From positions 214,011 through 278,010 of the forward strand of contig CAVQUY010000005.1 of assembly GCA_963716955.1 (NCBI GenBank): a stretch of 64,000 nucleotides of DNA, given 5' to 3'. Numbering within the stretch: position 1 is the stretch's first letter; each line of letters begins with the position of its first letter. Below the pieces are notes generated by a model. That model had not been told where the DNA came from. It searched no databases and saw only the letters and a list, made by a program, of their open reading frames with translations. The stretch comes from an uncultured Actinomycetota bacterium. Its GTDB lineage: Bacteria; Actinomycetota; Actinomycetes; Mycobacteriales; Pseudonocardiaceae. Shown piece after piece: positions 10,115 to 20,987 of the stretch. The position numbers and the translations under genes are program-made.

Positions 10115-12782
10115 GTGACGCTGGAGGGCAGCCCGGTCGCCGCACGGACCGACGTACTGGGCCGGGACGCGGAGCTGTCGTGGCTCTCGGCGTGGGTTGC
10201 GCGGTCCGGCGACGGGCGCGCGGGTCGCGCTCTGGTGAGCGGGCCGGCCGGGGTCGGCAAGACCGCTCTGGTCGACACCGCTCGCCGACCGAGACCGACG
10301 CCGTCGTCGTGCGCGTGGAGGCGGACGGCGACCCGCGCCCGGGCGCGTTCCTCGACGCGGTCCGTGCGGCCCTCGGCGGCGGCTCCGGCTCGGCCGCGAC
10401 GGGCGAGCCGGCCGCCGACCTGCTGGCGCGGCTCGGCACCCGGCAGGAGAGGCGGTGATCGTGGTGCTGCACGACTCCACGACGTCGACGAGGCGTCCGC
10501 GCAGGTGCTCGCCCGGAGCTTCCGGCGACTGCGCCACGACCGGGTGCTGGTAGTCGGTACGGCGCGACGGGCAGTGCTCTCCCGGACCTGGGCGCGCCTG
10601 TTCGCGGACGGGCCGGAGGCCGGCACGCTGGCGCTGCACGGACTGGACCTCGACGGCGTGCGCGAGCTGGTGTCGCGGTACCGCCCGGGCCGGTGGAGCC
10701 GGGGCGCCCTCGCGCGGCTGCACGAGGACACCCGGGGCCACCCCCTGCACCTGATCACGCTGCTGCGCGAACTGCCCGAGGAGGTCCTGCTCGGGGACGA
10801 GCCACTGCCGGCGCCCCGGTCCCTGGCCGAGGAGGTCGCCGCGACCACCGCACGGCTCTCCGCGGACGCCCGGCGGCTGCTCGCCTGCCTGGCCGTGATC
10901 GGTCGTCCCGCGGGGTGGGCACTGCTCGCCCGGCTCGACGAGCTGGCCCCGGTGCCGCTGGAGTCCGCCGCGCGCGACCTCGCGCGGGCCGGCCTGGTCG
11001 ACGGCGTCGACCTGGGCGTGCGCCCCACGCTGCGGGTCCACCACCCGCTCGTGCGCACCGCGGTGTACACGGACCTCGACCCCGCGCTCCGAACCCGCGT
11101 GCACCTCGACGTCGCGCGGGCCGTCGGCGGGACGGCGGCGCTGATGCACCGGGTGGCGGCGGCCGGGGGCCGCCCCGACGCCCGCCTCGCCGACGAGCTC
11201 GAGGCCGCGGCCGTCGCCGATCCCGCCGACGGCCGGGCAGGCGTGACCCGGCTGCTGGCCGCGGCGGACCTGAGCGCCTCCGGCGACGACGCCGAGCGCC
11301 GTATGCTCGCGGCCGGCCTGCTGCTGGTCGACGCCTACGACAGCGACCGCCTGCGCGCGCTCGCCCCCGCGGTCCGGGCCGCCCGCCCCGGCCCCGAGCG
11401 CGACGTGGTGCTGGGTTTCCTCGCCGCCCAGGAGTCCGACCCCGCCGCGGCGGTGCACCTGCAGCACGCGTTCGACGCGCCGGGACGGACGGCGAGGTGC
11501 GGGCCCTGGCCGGGGTGCGGCTGGCCCTCGAGCACGTGTTCCGGGGCCGGGGCCACGCCGCCGACGAGGTCGCCGCCGGCGTCCGGCCCTCACGCGCGAG
11601 CCGGTCCGCGCGGAGCAGGCGCTGATCCTGCAGGCCATCGGGCGCGCCCAGCACGCGGACCCCGACGAGGGCCTGGCGTTGCTCAGCGGCCGCCTCGTCG
11701 GCGCCCTGGGCGCGGACCCCGCGATCACCGCAGGCACCCTGCACCTGGCGGCGGGACGGATCGCGGCGGCCGGCGCGCACCTCGAGGAGGGGCTGGCGCG
11801 GGCGAGGCGGGGGGCCGTGTCGACCAGCACCCACCGCGCGCACTGCCACCGCGTCGAGGTCCTCTACCGCACCGGACGCTGGGACCTGGCCGAGGCCGAG
11901 GCGGACATCGCCCTGGACTGGTTCGCCGACGGCGACCGGCCCTGGGCGGAGTCGCTCGCCCACGCCGTGGCCGCGCTCGTCCCCGCCGCGCGGGGCCGGC
12001 AGGCCCGGGCGGCCGCGCACCTCGACGCGGCCCGCGCGGCGCTCGCGCGGGCCACCAACCCGCAGGGCGCGCACGCCGTCGCGCTCGCCGAGGCGACGCT
12101 GCGGCGGGCGCTCGGGGACCCCGCCGGGATGGAGCGGGCGCTGCGGGGCCTCCCCGAGAGGGCGCGGACCGGGATGTCCTCGGGGCCCTTCGCGCCCTGG
12201 CGCGCCCTGCACGCCGAGTCCCTGGTCGCCAGCGGCGACCTGGCAGGCGCGCGCGGGGCCCTGCGCTCGTGGTCCCGGACGGGCGCCCCGCTGTGGTTCC
12301 GGCTCGCCCGCCACCAGCTCCAGGCCCGCATCGCCCTGGCGAGCGGGGATCCCGCGGCGGCCGAGACGGCGCTGCGGGCCGGCGTCGCCCTCGCCGGTCG
12401 CCACGGCGACGAGATCGCCGACGAGTGCCCCGTCGAGCTCGCCGAGCTGCGGGTGCTGCTGGGCTCGCTGCCGCACGTCACCGACGGCCCGGAGCAGCTC
12501 GCCGCCGCCCGGGGGGTCTTCGCGGCCCTCGCCGCGACGCCGTGGCTGGACCGCATCCAGGCGGCCACGGCGGGACCGAGCGCGGACGGCGACGGGGAGC
12601 AGCGCGCCCTGACCCCCCGCGAGCGCCAGGTCGCCGGGCTCGTCGCGCAGGGGTTGACGAGCCGGGAGGCGGCCGAGGTCCTCTGGGTCACCCCGAAGGC
12701 GGTCGACTACCACCTGGGCAACGTGTACGCGAAGCTCGGGTTGACCTCGCGCCGCCAGCTGCGGGGCCGCTCGTTCTCCTGA
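10115..12782 (+). CDS. Large ATP-binding LuxR-family regulator (LAL type): N-terminal AAA/P-loop, TPR-like middle, C-terminal LuxR HTH; at least 3 apparent frameshifts
   Basis: P-loop LVSGPAGVGKTAL near the N-terminus. C-terminal ...LTPRERQVAGLVAQGLTSREAAEVLWVTPKAVDYHLGNVYAKLG is a LuxR HTH (ORF 11679..12782). The body switches frames near 10300, 11490 and 11600. Confidence 0.7.
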
Positions 12783-12980
12783 GCGCCCCCGGCGGTCCTG
12801 GGAGGTTTCCCCAGGGATTGCCCGTCCGGGCGGGAGCACCGTCGTGGGCGTGCGCAACTCCGTCGCGTCGGGCTTCGCGCCCTGGATCGTGTTCTGGGTG
12901 GTGTCGTCGCCGAGCACCTGGAAATGGGCAGCCGGGCACGACGGCTCCGCGCCCACCCCGACCCCAATCCAGGAGGCCCC

Positions 12981-13514
12981 GTGAACCCGTCCGCCTACGG
13001 CCCCGCGTTCATCCCCGTGATCGCCCTGATCGGCGCCCTCGTGCACATCGGGGTGACGAAGGACCGCTCCCGGGAGCACGTCCTCACCATCGCGCTGCTC
13101 TGGGGCCTCGTCGTCGCCCTCGGGGTCGGCGAGGTCGTGACCGCCGGATCGCACTTCTTCTTCCCGGCCGCGACCGCCGCCCAGATCGGCTTCCCGCCCG
13201 GCAACCCGTTCCAGTGGGAGGTCGCCTGCGCGAACCTGGCGTTCGCCGTGCTCGGCATCGGCTGCTTCTGGGCCCCCGGCCTCTGGGCCGGGACCGTCGT
13301 CGGCTACCTCGTCTACTTCTGGGGCTGCGGGATCGGGCACATCGACCAGTACCTGCACGGTGACACCGCGCCCTACAACTGGGGCCCGATCGTCCCGGTG
13401 GTGTTCGTCGTCCCCGCGGTGCTCGCGGTCCTGCTCGTCGCCCAGCGCGCCGCGGTCCGCCGCGCCACGCCAGCCGGCGAGCACGAGCGACGCCTCGCCG
13501 AGGCCGGGCTCTAG
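12981..13514 (+). CDS. Hypothetical integral membrane protein (4-5 TM helices)
   Basis: GTG preceded by AGGAGG at a good spacing; hydrophobic segments IPVIALIGALVHIG, LLWGLVVALGVG, ANLAFAVLGIGCFWAPGLWAG, PVVFVVPAVLAVLLV. Confidence 0.5.
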   Translation: MNPSAYGPAFIPVIALIGALVHIGVTKDRSREHVLTIALLWGLVVALGVGEVVTAGSHFFFPAATAAQIGFPPGNPFQWEVACANLAFAVLGIGCFWAPGLWAGTVVGYLVYFWGCGIGHIDQYLHGDTAPYNWGPIVPVVFVVPAVLAVLLVAQRAAVRRATPAGEHERRLAEAGL

Positions 13515-13880
13515 GAGGCCGAGGGCCAGCGGTGGGCCACGAAGCTCCCGTTGCCCGGGCCGGTCACCACGGTGCCGTCGTGCTTGAGCATCCCCAGGGC
13601 GCGCACCACGGTCCCGACCGAGACGTGGTGCTCGGCGGCGAGGTCGCGCAGCCGGGGCATGCGCTGCCCCGGTGCGAGCTCGCCGCGCTCGACCCGCGCG
13701 CGGAGCGCGTCGGCGATCTCGACGGACGGCAGGCTCGCCCGCCGTCGCCAGTGGGCGTCCCCCCGCGGACGCCCGTGCTGCTCACCCACCACGACCTCCT
13801 CCGGGGACGTGCCGACGGAGGGGGTTCGGGAGCGCGGCGGGTCCGGTTCGCCCTGCGGCGTCGGCGCCGGGACCGTCACG
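13511..13880 (-). CDS. Small GntR-like winged-HTH protein
   Basis: ...IADALRARVERGELAPGQRMPRLRDLAAEHHVSVGTVVRALGMLKHDG matches the GntR N-terminal HTH; no effector domain. Confidence 0.5.
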
Positions 13881-14547
13881 TCGGACCTCCCGGGAGCGGA
13901 GCGGCCCGCTGGCCGTAGTCGGTCAGCCGGACGACGACGTCCGCCACCTGCTCGGGCGAGAGCAGCCGCGGCGTCCCGACGGCGGCGGCGCGCAGCCACA
14001 CGTCGCAGAGCCACTCCAGGTGCCGGGCCCCGACGTCGGCGGCCGCGAGGGTGTCGGCGGTGACCAGCGTGCCGTGGTGGCGCATGACGGCCGCGGACCG
14101 CTCGGCGAGCGCGGCCGAGACGTTCTCGGCGAGCTCGTCGGTGCCGAACGGCGCGTAGTCCGCGACGGCGACCGCGCCCCCGAAGATCGCGGTCTGGTAG
14201 TGCACCAGCGGCACCTCGTCGCACAGCAGCGACAGCGCGACGGCGGCCGCGGAGTGGGTGTGCACGACGGCCCGCGCGTCGTGGCGGCGGTGGCACAGCA
14301 GGTGCAGCGGCAGCTCGCTGGTCGGGCGCAGGTGACCGTCGACCACGGTGCCGTCGAGGTCGACCAGGCACACGTCCTCGGGGGCCATCGTCGCGTAGTC
14401 GACCCCCGAGGGCGTCACCGCGAGGTGCTCCCCCACCCGCACCGAGAGGTTCCCGGCGGTGCCGACGACGAGGCCGTCGGCCACCATCGCGCGGGCGTGG
14501 GCGACGATGTCGGCCCGGGCCGCGTCGAGCCCGCCGTCGCTCACCAC
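13876..14547 (-). CDS. Class II aldolase/adducin family protein (L-ribulose-5-P 4-epimerase / L-fuculose-P aldolase fold); candidate tetrulose-phosphate epimerase/isomerase
   Basis: ...VVGTAGNLSVR..., ...AVVHTHSAAAVALS... (His ligands of the metal site); GTG start overlaps the SDR stop (GTGA). Confidence 0.8.
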   Translation of the reverse strand: MVSDGGLDAARADIVAHARAMVADGLVVGTAGNLSVRVGEHLAVTPSGVDYATMAPEDVCLVDLDGTVVDGHLRPTSELPLHLLCHRRHDARAVVHTHSAAAVALSLLCDEVPLVHYQTAIFGGAVAVADYAPFGTDELAENVSAALAERSAAVMRHHGTLVTADTLAAADVGARHLEWLCDVWLRAAAVGTPRLLSPEQVADVVVRLTDYGQRAAPLPGGPT

Positions 14548-15311
14548 CCCGTGAACCCGCCGTCCGCGAGCAGGTCGGCGCCGGTCACGTAGGACGCGGC
14601 GTCGGAGAGCAGGAAGACCACCGGCCCGACGAGGTCGTCCGGCGTGCCCATGCGGCCCATCGGGGTGTCGCGGGCGAAGCCCTCCTTCTTGTCCGTCCAC
14701 TCCGGCCCGGCGATCATCGCGGTCTCGATGTAGCCCGGGGACAGCGCGTTGACCCGGACGCCGCGGGTGCCCCACTCGAGGGCGAGCGTCGTCGTCAGGT
14801 GCTTCACCCCGGCCTTCGAGGCGTTGTAGTGCGCCTGCCAGAGGCCGCGGTTGGCGATGGTGGCCGACATCGAGGCGATGTTGACGATGGCCCCGTGCCC
14901 GCGGGCGAGCATGCGCTTCGCCTCGGCCTGGCAGCACAGGAAGACGCCGGTCAGGTTGACGTCGACCACCCGGCGGAAGTCGGCGACGTCCATCTCCTCG
15001 GCGTGCGCCCCGTGGTTCACCCCGGCGCAGTTGACCGCGCCGTCGAGGTCGCCGAGCTCGCTCTCGTGCCGCGCGACCGCGGCCTCGACGGAGTCGGCGT
15101 CGGTGACGTCCGCGTCGATCACCGCCGCCTTCCGGCCCGCGCCGCGGATGCGGTCGGCGGTCTCCTCGCTGCCCGTGCGCTGCGCCGCGAGGTCGACGCA
15201 GGACACGTCGGCGCCGGCCTCGGCGAGGCCCACGGCGACGCGCTGGCCGATGCCGCTGCCGGCTCCGGTCACGAGCACGGTGCGGTCGGTGAGGTCGAAG
15301 AGGGTGGTCAT
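14541..15311 (-). CDS. Short-chain dehydrogenase/reductase (candidate polyol dehydrogenase)
   Basis: VLVTGAGSGIGQ (TGxxxGxG), NCAG, YNASK (YxxxK), PG.IET. Confidence 0.85.
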   Translation of the reverse strand: MTTLFDLTDRTVLVTGAGSGIGQRVAVGLAEAGADVSCVDLAAQRTGSEETADRIRGAGRKAAVIDADVTDADSVEAAVARHESELGDLDGAVNCAGVNHGAHAEEMDVADFRRVVDVNLTGVFLCCQAEAKRMLARGHGAIVNIASMSATIANRGLWQAHYNASKAGVKHLTTTLALEWGTRGVRVNALSPGYIETAMIAGPEWTDKKEGFARDTPMGRMGTPDDLVGPVVFLLSDAASYVTGADLLADGGFTGW

Positions 15312-15317
15312 GCGGGG

Positions 15318-16829
15318 TCACCTCCGGGTGTGGGGCCTCAGCCGGTCCTCGCGCGCGAACCCCCGGGCCTGGCGGGCCCAGAAGTCGCGGGCGGTGTCGA
15401 CGTGGGCGCGGTAGCGCAGGTAGCCGTCGGCGTAGCACTCCCGCGCGTGCGGGGACGGCTCGACGATCCGGGACGGCGCGGCCCAGTCCGCGGGGTCGAG
15501 GTCGTCGCCGAGGGCGCGGGCGGCGGTGACGGCCGCGCCCCGGGTGCCGAGGCCCGGGTCGTCGGGGACCACGAGCGGCCGGTCGAGGACGTCGGCGAAG
15601 ATCTGGGCCCACGGCCCGGAGCGGGAGCCGCCGCCGCACGCCACCAACCGGCCCTCGCCGTCGGCGGAGGACGCGGCCCGTTCGAAGCAGTGCTTCGCGG
15701 TGTAGGCGATGCCCTCGCAGACGGCGCGGACCACGTCGCCGCGCCCGGTGCCCAGCGTGACGCCCTCGATCTGGCCGCGGGCCCGCGTGTCGACGAACGG
15801 CGCCCGCTCCCCCGACGCCGAGAGGAACGGCAGCGCCGAGACCCCGCCCGCCCCGGGGCCGGTCCCGTCGAGCAGGTCACCGAGGGCGTCGATCCCGACG
15901 CCGAGGAAGTCGAGCAGCCAGTCCAGCCCGGCGGTCCCGACCATGGCCGGCATGGCGCGCAGCCACACGCCGTCCTCGGGCGTGCACAGCCACATCCCGG
16001 CCGGCTCCGGGTTCGGCTCCGGGTCCACGCGGTCGGTGAAGACCTCGCAGGCCAGCGTCGTGCCGATGATCAGCAGGCCGTCGCCCGGGGTGGACAGGCC
16101 GGCCCCGACCGCGCAGGCCGGGAGGTCGAACGGCCCGCCGGTGACCGGGGTGCCCACGGGCAGCCCGGTGAGCTCCGCGCCGCGCCGGTCGAGGGCGAAC
16201 ACCGCGTGCGAGGGCGCCGGCTCGGCGAGCAGGCCGCGGCGGTGCTCGAGCCCGCACGCGGCGAGCGCCGCGTCGTCGTAGCGGCGCGAGACCACGTCGA
16301 GGAACGGCAGCGACGCGTCCGAGGCGTCGACGGTGATCTCCCCGGTCAGCCGCTGCACGAGCGCGTCCACGCAGTAGCCGGCGACGGCGGCGCGCTCCAG
16401 GGACTCCGGCTCGTCGCGCCCGAGGGCGACCAGCAGCGGGGCGTGGCAGCCGGGGAACAGCCCGGTGCCGGTGCGCCGGTAGACCTCGGCGACGGTGCCG
16501 TCGTCCTGCCAGGCGCGGACGACGTCGGCGGCGCGGTCGTCGAGCCACGAGATCGGCGGGCGCACCGCGGCCCCGTCGGCGTCGCGCAGCCACAGCCCGT
16601 CGCCCTGCCCGGTGAGCGCCAGCGCGCGCACCGGCTCGGACACCTGGTCGACCACCCGGCGGATCACGTCGACCGCCGACGCGAGGACGTCCTCGAGGTC
16701 CTGCTCGACGCGGCCGTCGGGGTACTGCTCGAGCCGGGAGGCCCGCTCCGCCGAGGCCAGCTTGCGGCCGCGGTCGTCGTAGGCGTCGGCCTTGGTCATC
16801 GACGTCCCGACGTCGACCCCGACGATCAC
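15318..16829 (-). CDS. FGGY-family carbohydrate kinase (xylulokinase/erythritol-kinase-like)
   Basis: N-terminus VIVGVDVGTSMTKA (FGGY N-terminal motif) and C-terminal FGGY domain ...ACGGGSRS...; GTG overlaps the stop of the upstream dehydrogenase. Confidence 0.85.
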   Translation of the reverse strand: MIVGVDVGTSMTKADAYDDRGRKLASAERASRLEQYPDGRVEQDLEDVLASAVDVIRRVVDQVSEPVRALALTGQGDGLWLRDADGAAVRPPISWLDDRAADVVRAWQDDGTVAEVYRRTGTGLFPGCHAPLLVALGRDEPESLERAAVAGYCVDALVQRLTGEITVDASDASLPFLDVVSRRYDDAALAACGLEHRRGLLAEPAPSHAVFALDRRGAELTGLPVGTPVTGGPFDLPACAVGAGLSTPGDGLLIIGTTLACEVFTDRVDPEPNPEPAGMWLCTPEDGVWLRAMPAMVGTAGLDWLLDFLGVGIDALGDLLDGTGPGAGGVSALPFLSASGERAPFVDTRARGQIEGVTLGTGRGDVVRAVCEGIAYTAKHCFERAASSADGEGRLVACGGGSRSGPWAQIFADVLDRPLVVPDDPGLGTRGAAVTAARALGDDLDPADWAAPSRIVEPSPHARECYADGYLRYRAHVDTARDFWARQARGFAREDRLRPHTRR

Positions 16830-17933
16830 GACCGCACCCCCTCGGTCAGGGCGCGGGCCGCGGCGTTCGCGGGGTGGCGCAGGGCCTCGCCGCGCAGGAA
16901 CCGCGCCGCCTCGCCGGCCGCGATCGACGCGGCCCGGTGCGCGGTCTGGCGGGTGGCCCCGGCCAGGTGCGGGGTGGCGACGACGTTCGGGAGGTCGCGC
17001 AGCGGCCAGTCGTCGCGGCGGCGGCTCCACGTCGTAGACGTCGAGCGCGAGCCCGCCGAGGCGCCCGGAGCGCAGCGCGTCGGCGAGCGGGGCGTGGTCG
17101 AGCAGCCCGCCGCGCGCGGTGTTCACCAGGACCGCGCCCGGCGGCAGCAGGTCGAGCTCGCGGGACCCGATGATGCCGCGGGTCTCGTCGGTCAGGCGGG
17201 CGTGCAGGCTGACCACCGACGACGCGCGCAGCAGCTCGTCGAGCTCCACGAGCCGCACCCCGTCGGCGGTGGCGGTCGCCGCGTCGGTGTAGGGGTCGGC
17301 GACCAGGACGGTCGCGCCGAACGCGTGCAGCACCCGGGCGACGATGCGGCCGATCGCGCCGTAGCCGACCAGCCCGACGGTGGCGCCGTCGAGCTCCAGC
17401 CCGGCCTCGTCGTAGGCGTAGAAGTCGCCGCGCCAGCGCCCCGCGTGCAGCTCGGCGGAGGCGAACGGGATGCGGCGCAGGGCGGCCAGCGTCATGCCGA
17501 CCGCGAACTCCGCGGCGGCCGCGGCGTTGCGCCCGGGGGCCTGGGCGACGGCGACCCCGGCCCGGTCCGCGGCGTCGAGGTCGACGTTGACCGGGCCGCC
17601 CCGGCACACCGCGACCATCTCCAGCTCCGGCCGGGCGTCGAACACCCGCGCGGTGAACGGGGCCATCTGCGTCAGGCACACCCGGGCGCCGTCGAGGGCC
17701 TCGACGAGCTCCTCCTCGGTGCCCGAGGCCTCCTGGACCACCGAGTCCCCGGAGCCGACGGGCCCGAACGGGTCGGTGGGCCAGCCGCTGGTGAGGTGGG
17801 CGACGTCGAGCCCGGGCAGGCCGGGCTCGTCGCGCAGGGCGGTCTCGAACAGGGCCGGGGCGACGAAGTGGTCGCCCGCGGCGAGCACCCGCGTCCCGGG
17901 GGCGTCGCGTCGTTGCGCGTCCATCGTGGTCAC
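16826..17933 (-). CDS. D-isomer-specific 2-hydroxyacid dehydrogenase (phosphoglycerate dehydrogenase-like); frameshift near 17040 in the C-terminal region
   Basis: ...GLVGYGAIGRIVARVL (GxGxxG NAD site) ... LVNTARGGL ... LDVYDVEPPP. Reading +1 after this restores ...RDDWPLRDLPNVVATPHLAGAT (catalytic His region). Confidence 0.75.
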
Positions 17934-18409
17934 CTCTCGGCGGGCTGGTTCTGCTCGAACGCGGCGATGTGCGCGATCTTCTCGGCGCTGGGCGAGGTGG
18001 GGTCGAACTCGTAGCCCAGCCAGTCCTCGACGATCTTCTTGGCGAGCTCGGGGCCGATCACCCGCCCGCCGAGGCACAGCACCTGGCAGTTGTTGGACTT
18101 GACCGAGCGCTCGACGGAGTACGCGTCGTAGGCGACGGTCGCGCGGACGCCCTCGACCTTGTTGGCCGAGATGGCCATGCCGATCCCGGTGCCGCAGCAG
18201 AGCACGGCCCGGTCCGCCTCGCCCCGCGCCACCGCCTGCGCGGCGGCCAGCCCGAGCAGCGGATAGGCGCGGTCGTCGCCGTCGTCGGGGACGCCGAAGT
18301 CGGTCACCTCGGCGACCCGGTCGTCGTTCCGCATCGCCTCGGCGAGCACGTCCTTCAGGGCCAGTCCGGCACTGTCGGCGGCCACGGCCACCCGCATCCC
18401 GGCCATCGT
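17930..18409 (-). CDS. RpiB/LacA/LacB-family sugar-phosphate isomerase (candidate D-erythrulose-4-phosphate isomerase)
   Basis: MRVAVAADSAGLALK...VLCCGTGIGMAISANKV... is the RpiB signature. There is no in-frame stop between the DhaL domain above and this ORF. Confidence 0.8.
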   Translation of the reverse strand, partial: TMAGMRVAVAADSAGLALKDVLAEAMRNDDRVAEVTDFGVPDDGDDRAYPLLGLAAAQAVARGEADRAVLCCGTGIGMAISANKVEGVRATVAYDAYSVERSVKSNNCQVLCLGGRVIGPELAKKIVEDWLGYEFDPTSPSAEKIAHIAAFEQNQPAER

Positions 18410-18411
18410 CA

Positions 18412-20185
18412 CGATCTCCTTCCGGCATCGGTCGGCGAGGACCTCGCCGACCGCGACGAGCATGTACGCGAGCGAGGTCGCGCCGGGGTCGGCGCTGCCC
18501 CGTCCCCGGTCGCCGCCCAGCCGGGCGGCCCGGCCGACCACGGCCGCGAGGTCGGCGGTGTCGGCGGCGGCCTGCCGGGCGTCGCCGGCCGCGGCCGCGA
18601 AGCCGTCGGCGAGCGCGTCGCCGTGCTCGGCGGCCGTGCGCAGGCCCGCGCTGAACGCGGCGAGCCCGTCGACCATCGTCTTGTCGCCCGGCTCCGCCCC
18701 GCCCAGCTCGGTCACCGCGGCCTGCGCGGCGGTGACGGCGTCGGCGAGCGCGGCGAGGGTCACGGCGGTGTCGCCGTGCGCCGCCAGCTGTCCGCCGGTC
18801 TCGGTGAGCAGGACGCCGTAGAGCGCCCCGGACGCCCCGCCGGCGGCGTCGGCCAGGGCGGTGCCCGCGGCGAGCAGGGCCGTCCCGACGTCGGCGGCGG
18901 AGTCGCCGGTGGCGCCGCTGGTGCGCGCCGCGGCCACCGCGCCGCGCATGCCCCGGACGATGCCCTGCCCGTGGTCGCCGTCGGCGGCCACCGCGTCGAG
19001 GCGCCCGAGCTCGTCCTCGTGGGCGGTGACGGCCTCGAGCGCGGCGCTCAGCGCGGCCGCGGCGACGCCCCCGGCGTCGGGGTCGGTCTCCTCGAGCGGC
19101 GGCGCGACCGAGGGCGTGCGGCGCTCGGCCTCGGGGACGTCCGCGGGCGCGGGCCCGTCGCCGGCGAGCGACCAGCCCGCCCCGAGGCGGAAGCCCGGGG
19201 TCTCGCAGGGGGCGTCGTAGAGCGCCGCGAGCTCGTCGTCGAGCGGCATGAGGGTCAGCGAGAGCCCCGCCATGTCCATCGAGGTGACGAACTCGCCGAC
19301 CTCCGGGCGGTGCGGGCGCAGGCCGGCGGCGAGCAGGCGCTCGTGCACCCGCCCGTAGGTGACGAAGAGGTCCTCGTAGGGGGTGCTCCCGAGGCCGTTG
19401 AGCAGCACCGCGACGCGGCCGTCGCCGCCGTCGGGGAGCTGGTCGAGCAACTGGTCGACCAGCATGTCGGCGAGCTCGTGGGCGTCCACCGCGTCGACCG
19501 TGCGCATCCCGGGCTCGCCGTGGATGCCCAGGCCCAGCTCCATCTTCCCCGCCTCGACGGTGAACAGCGGCTCGCGCTGGCCGGGCAGCGTGCACCCGTC
19601 GAAGGCCACGCCGAAGGTGCGGGTCATGGCGTTGGCGTGCTCGCCCGCGGCCGCCACGGCGGCGAGGTCGTCGCCGCGCTCGGCCGCCGCGCCGAGGACC
19701 TTGAACACGAAGAAGTCGCCCGCCACGCCGCGGCGGGTCTCGCGCCGGTCGTCCGGGCCGCTCGCGACGTCGTCGGTGACCAGCACGGTGCGCGAGGAGA
19801 TGCCCTCGGCGGCGAGGCGGCGGGCGGCGAGCCCGAAGTGCATGACGTCGCCGGAGTAGTTGCCGTAGCTGAACAGCACCCCGGCGCCGCCGTCGACGGC
19901 CTTCGCGGTCCGGTAGGCCTGCTCGGCGGACGGGCTGGTGAAGACGTCGCCGATGACGGCGGCGTCGGCCAGGCCGGGGCCGACCACGCCCGCGAAGGCC
20001 GGGTAGTGGCCGCAGCCGCCGCCGATGACGACCGCGACCTTGCCGTCGCGGGGCGCGGCCCGCGAGATCACCCCGAAGGCGTCGGGGGCCCGGCGCACGG
20101 TGCGGGAGTAGGCGGCGACGAGACCGTCGACCCAGCGCGCCTTGAACGTGGCGGGGTCGGTCAGGGTGCGGGCGGGCGCGGTCAT
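18412..20185 (-). CDS. Dihydroxyacetone-kinase family protein, fused DhaK + DhaL domains (candidate tetrulose kinase)
   Basis: DhaK: ...GGGCGHYPAFAGVVGPGLADAAVIGDVFTSPSAEQ...; DhaL: ...DAVAADGDHGQGIVRGM.... ATG overlaps the HAD stop (ATGA). Confidence 0.8.
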
Positions 20186-20881
20186 CGGCCGGCCCCGCTC
20201 CGCACGCCGTCGAGGAGCGCGAGGATCTCCCGGTGGGCCGCGGGTACGCCGTCGGCGACCCGGGCCGCGAGCTCCATCGCGTCCGGCTTCGGCGGGTAGG
20301 TCGGGTTGGGGATCGCGACGACGGTCATGCCGGCCGCGGCGGCGGCACGGATGCCGTTGCTCGAGTCCTCGACGCCGACGCAGGCCGACCCGTCGACGCC
20401 GAGCCGCCGGGCCGCCTCGAGGTAGACGTCCGGGACTGGGCTTCCCGCGCGGCACCTCGGCGCTGGACACCGTGGCCCCGAAGGACGACGCGAGGTCGTG
20501 GCGGTCCATCACCGCGTCGATGAGCCGGCGCGTGGCCGAGGTCGCGAGCCCGACGGGCACCCGGGCGGCGACCTCGCGGACCATCGTCACCGCGCCGTCG
20601 TAGGGCTCCATCCGCCCCGCCTCCAGGGCGCCGATCATGTCGTCGACGACCGCGCGCTCGACGTCGGCGGGGTCCTCGACGTTCCCGACGCGGTCGGCCA
20701 GGTACGCCGACCACTCCTGGGCACTCATGCCCTGGACGTGGCTCGTGTCCGCCGAGGTCCAGGTGACCGAGAAGCGGGCCGCGTAGCGGGTCCAGAACTC
20801 CTCCCAGAGGTGCTCGCTCTCGAGGAGCACGCCGTCGAGGTCGAAGACCACGGCGGATGGGGCGGGTGGATGAGCAGTCAT
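20182..20881 (-). CDS. HAD-superfamily hydrolase (beta-phosphoglucomutase/phosphatase-like); frameshift near 20450
   Basis: Motif I VVFDLDGVLLES; after a -1 shift the C-terminus ...KPSPDVYLEAARRLG...CVGVEDSSNGIRAAAAAGM (motifs III/IV) is recovered. Confidence 0.7.
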
Positions 20882-20904
20882 CGTCGAACTCCTCCCAGCT
20901 GCCG

Positions 20905-20930
20905 TGGGAAATTAACACCGAGATGTGATC
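20905..20930. promoter_or_regulatory. Candidate DeoR operator half of a divergent promoter (motif GTGGGAAATTAACACC..ATGTG)
   Basis: AT-rich island gtgggaaattaacaccgagatgtgatcg between the HAD operon start (20881) and deoR (20988). The TTAACACC core recurs at 21817. Confidence 0.45.
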
Positions 20931-20987
20931 GAATAAAGGGGTGATCGTCCTCCGGACAGCGCTCGCCGCCGTCGACACCGCTGCGCG

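Noticed and set aside
12783-12980. Small hairpin cctggg-aggtttc-cccagg after the LAL regulator gene
   Set aside because: It is a 6-bp stem only, a weak terminator candidate. The AGGAGG 8 nt before GTG 12981 was used instead, to support the downstream membrane-protein start.
8329-13484. Long overlapping ORFs 8329..11070(-), 9824..11830(-), 10755..13484(-), 8559..10064(+)
   Set aside because: They run antisense to the LAL regulator and the NTF2-SDR gene. Their sequences are Arg/Pro/Gly-rich and domain-free, so they are GC-driven artefacts.
14799-20299. ORFs 14799..18014(+) and 17969..20299(+), antisense to the polyol operon, and the 1425-aa ORF 15318..19595(-)
   Set aside because: The plus-strand ORFs are Gly/Arg/Asp-rich antisense noise. 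The 1425-aa ORF is a read-through concatenation of the FGGY kinase with off-frame sequence, not one protein.
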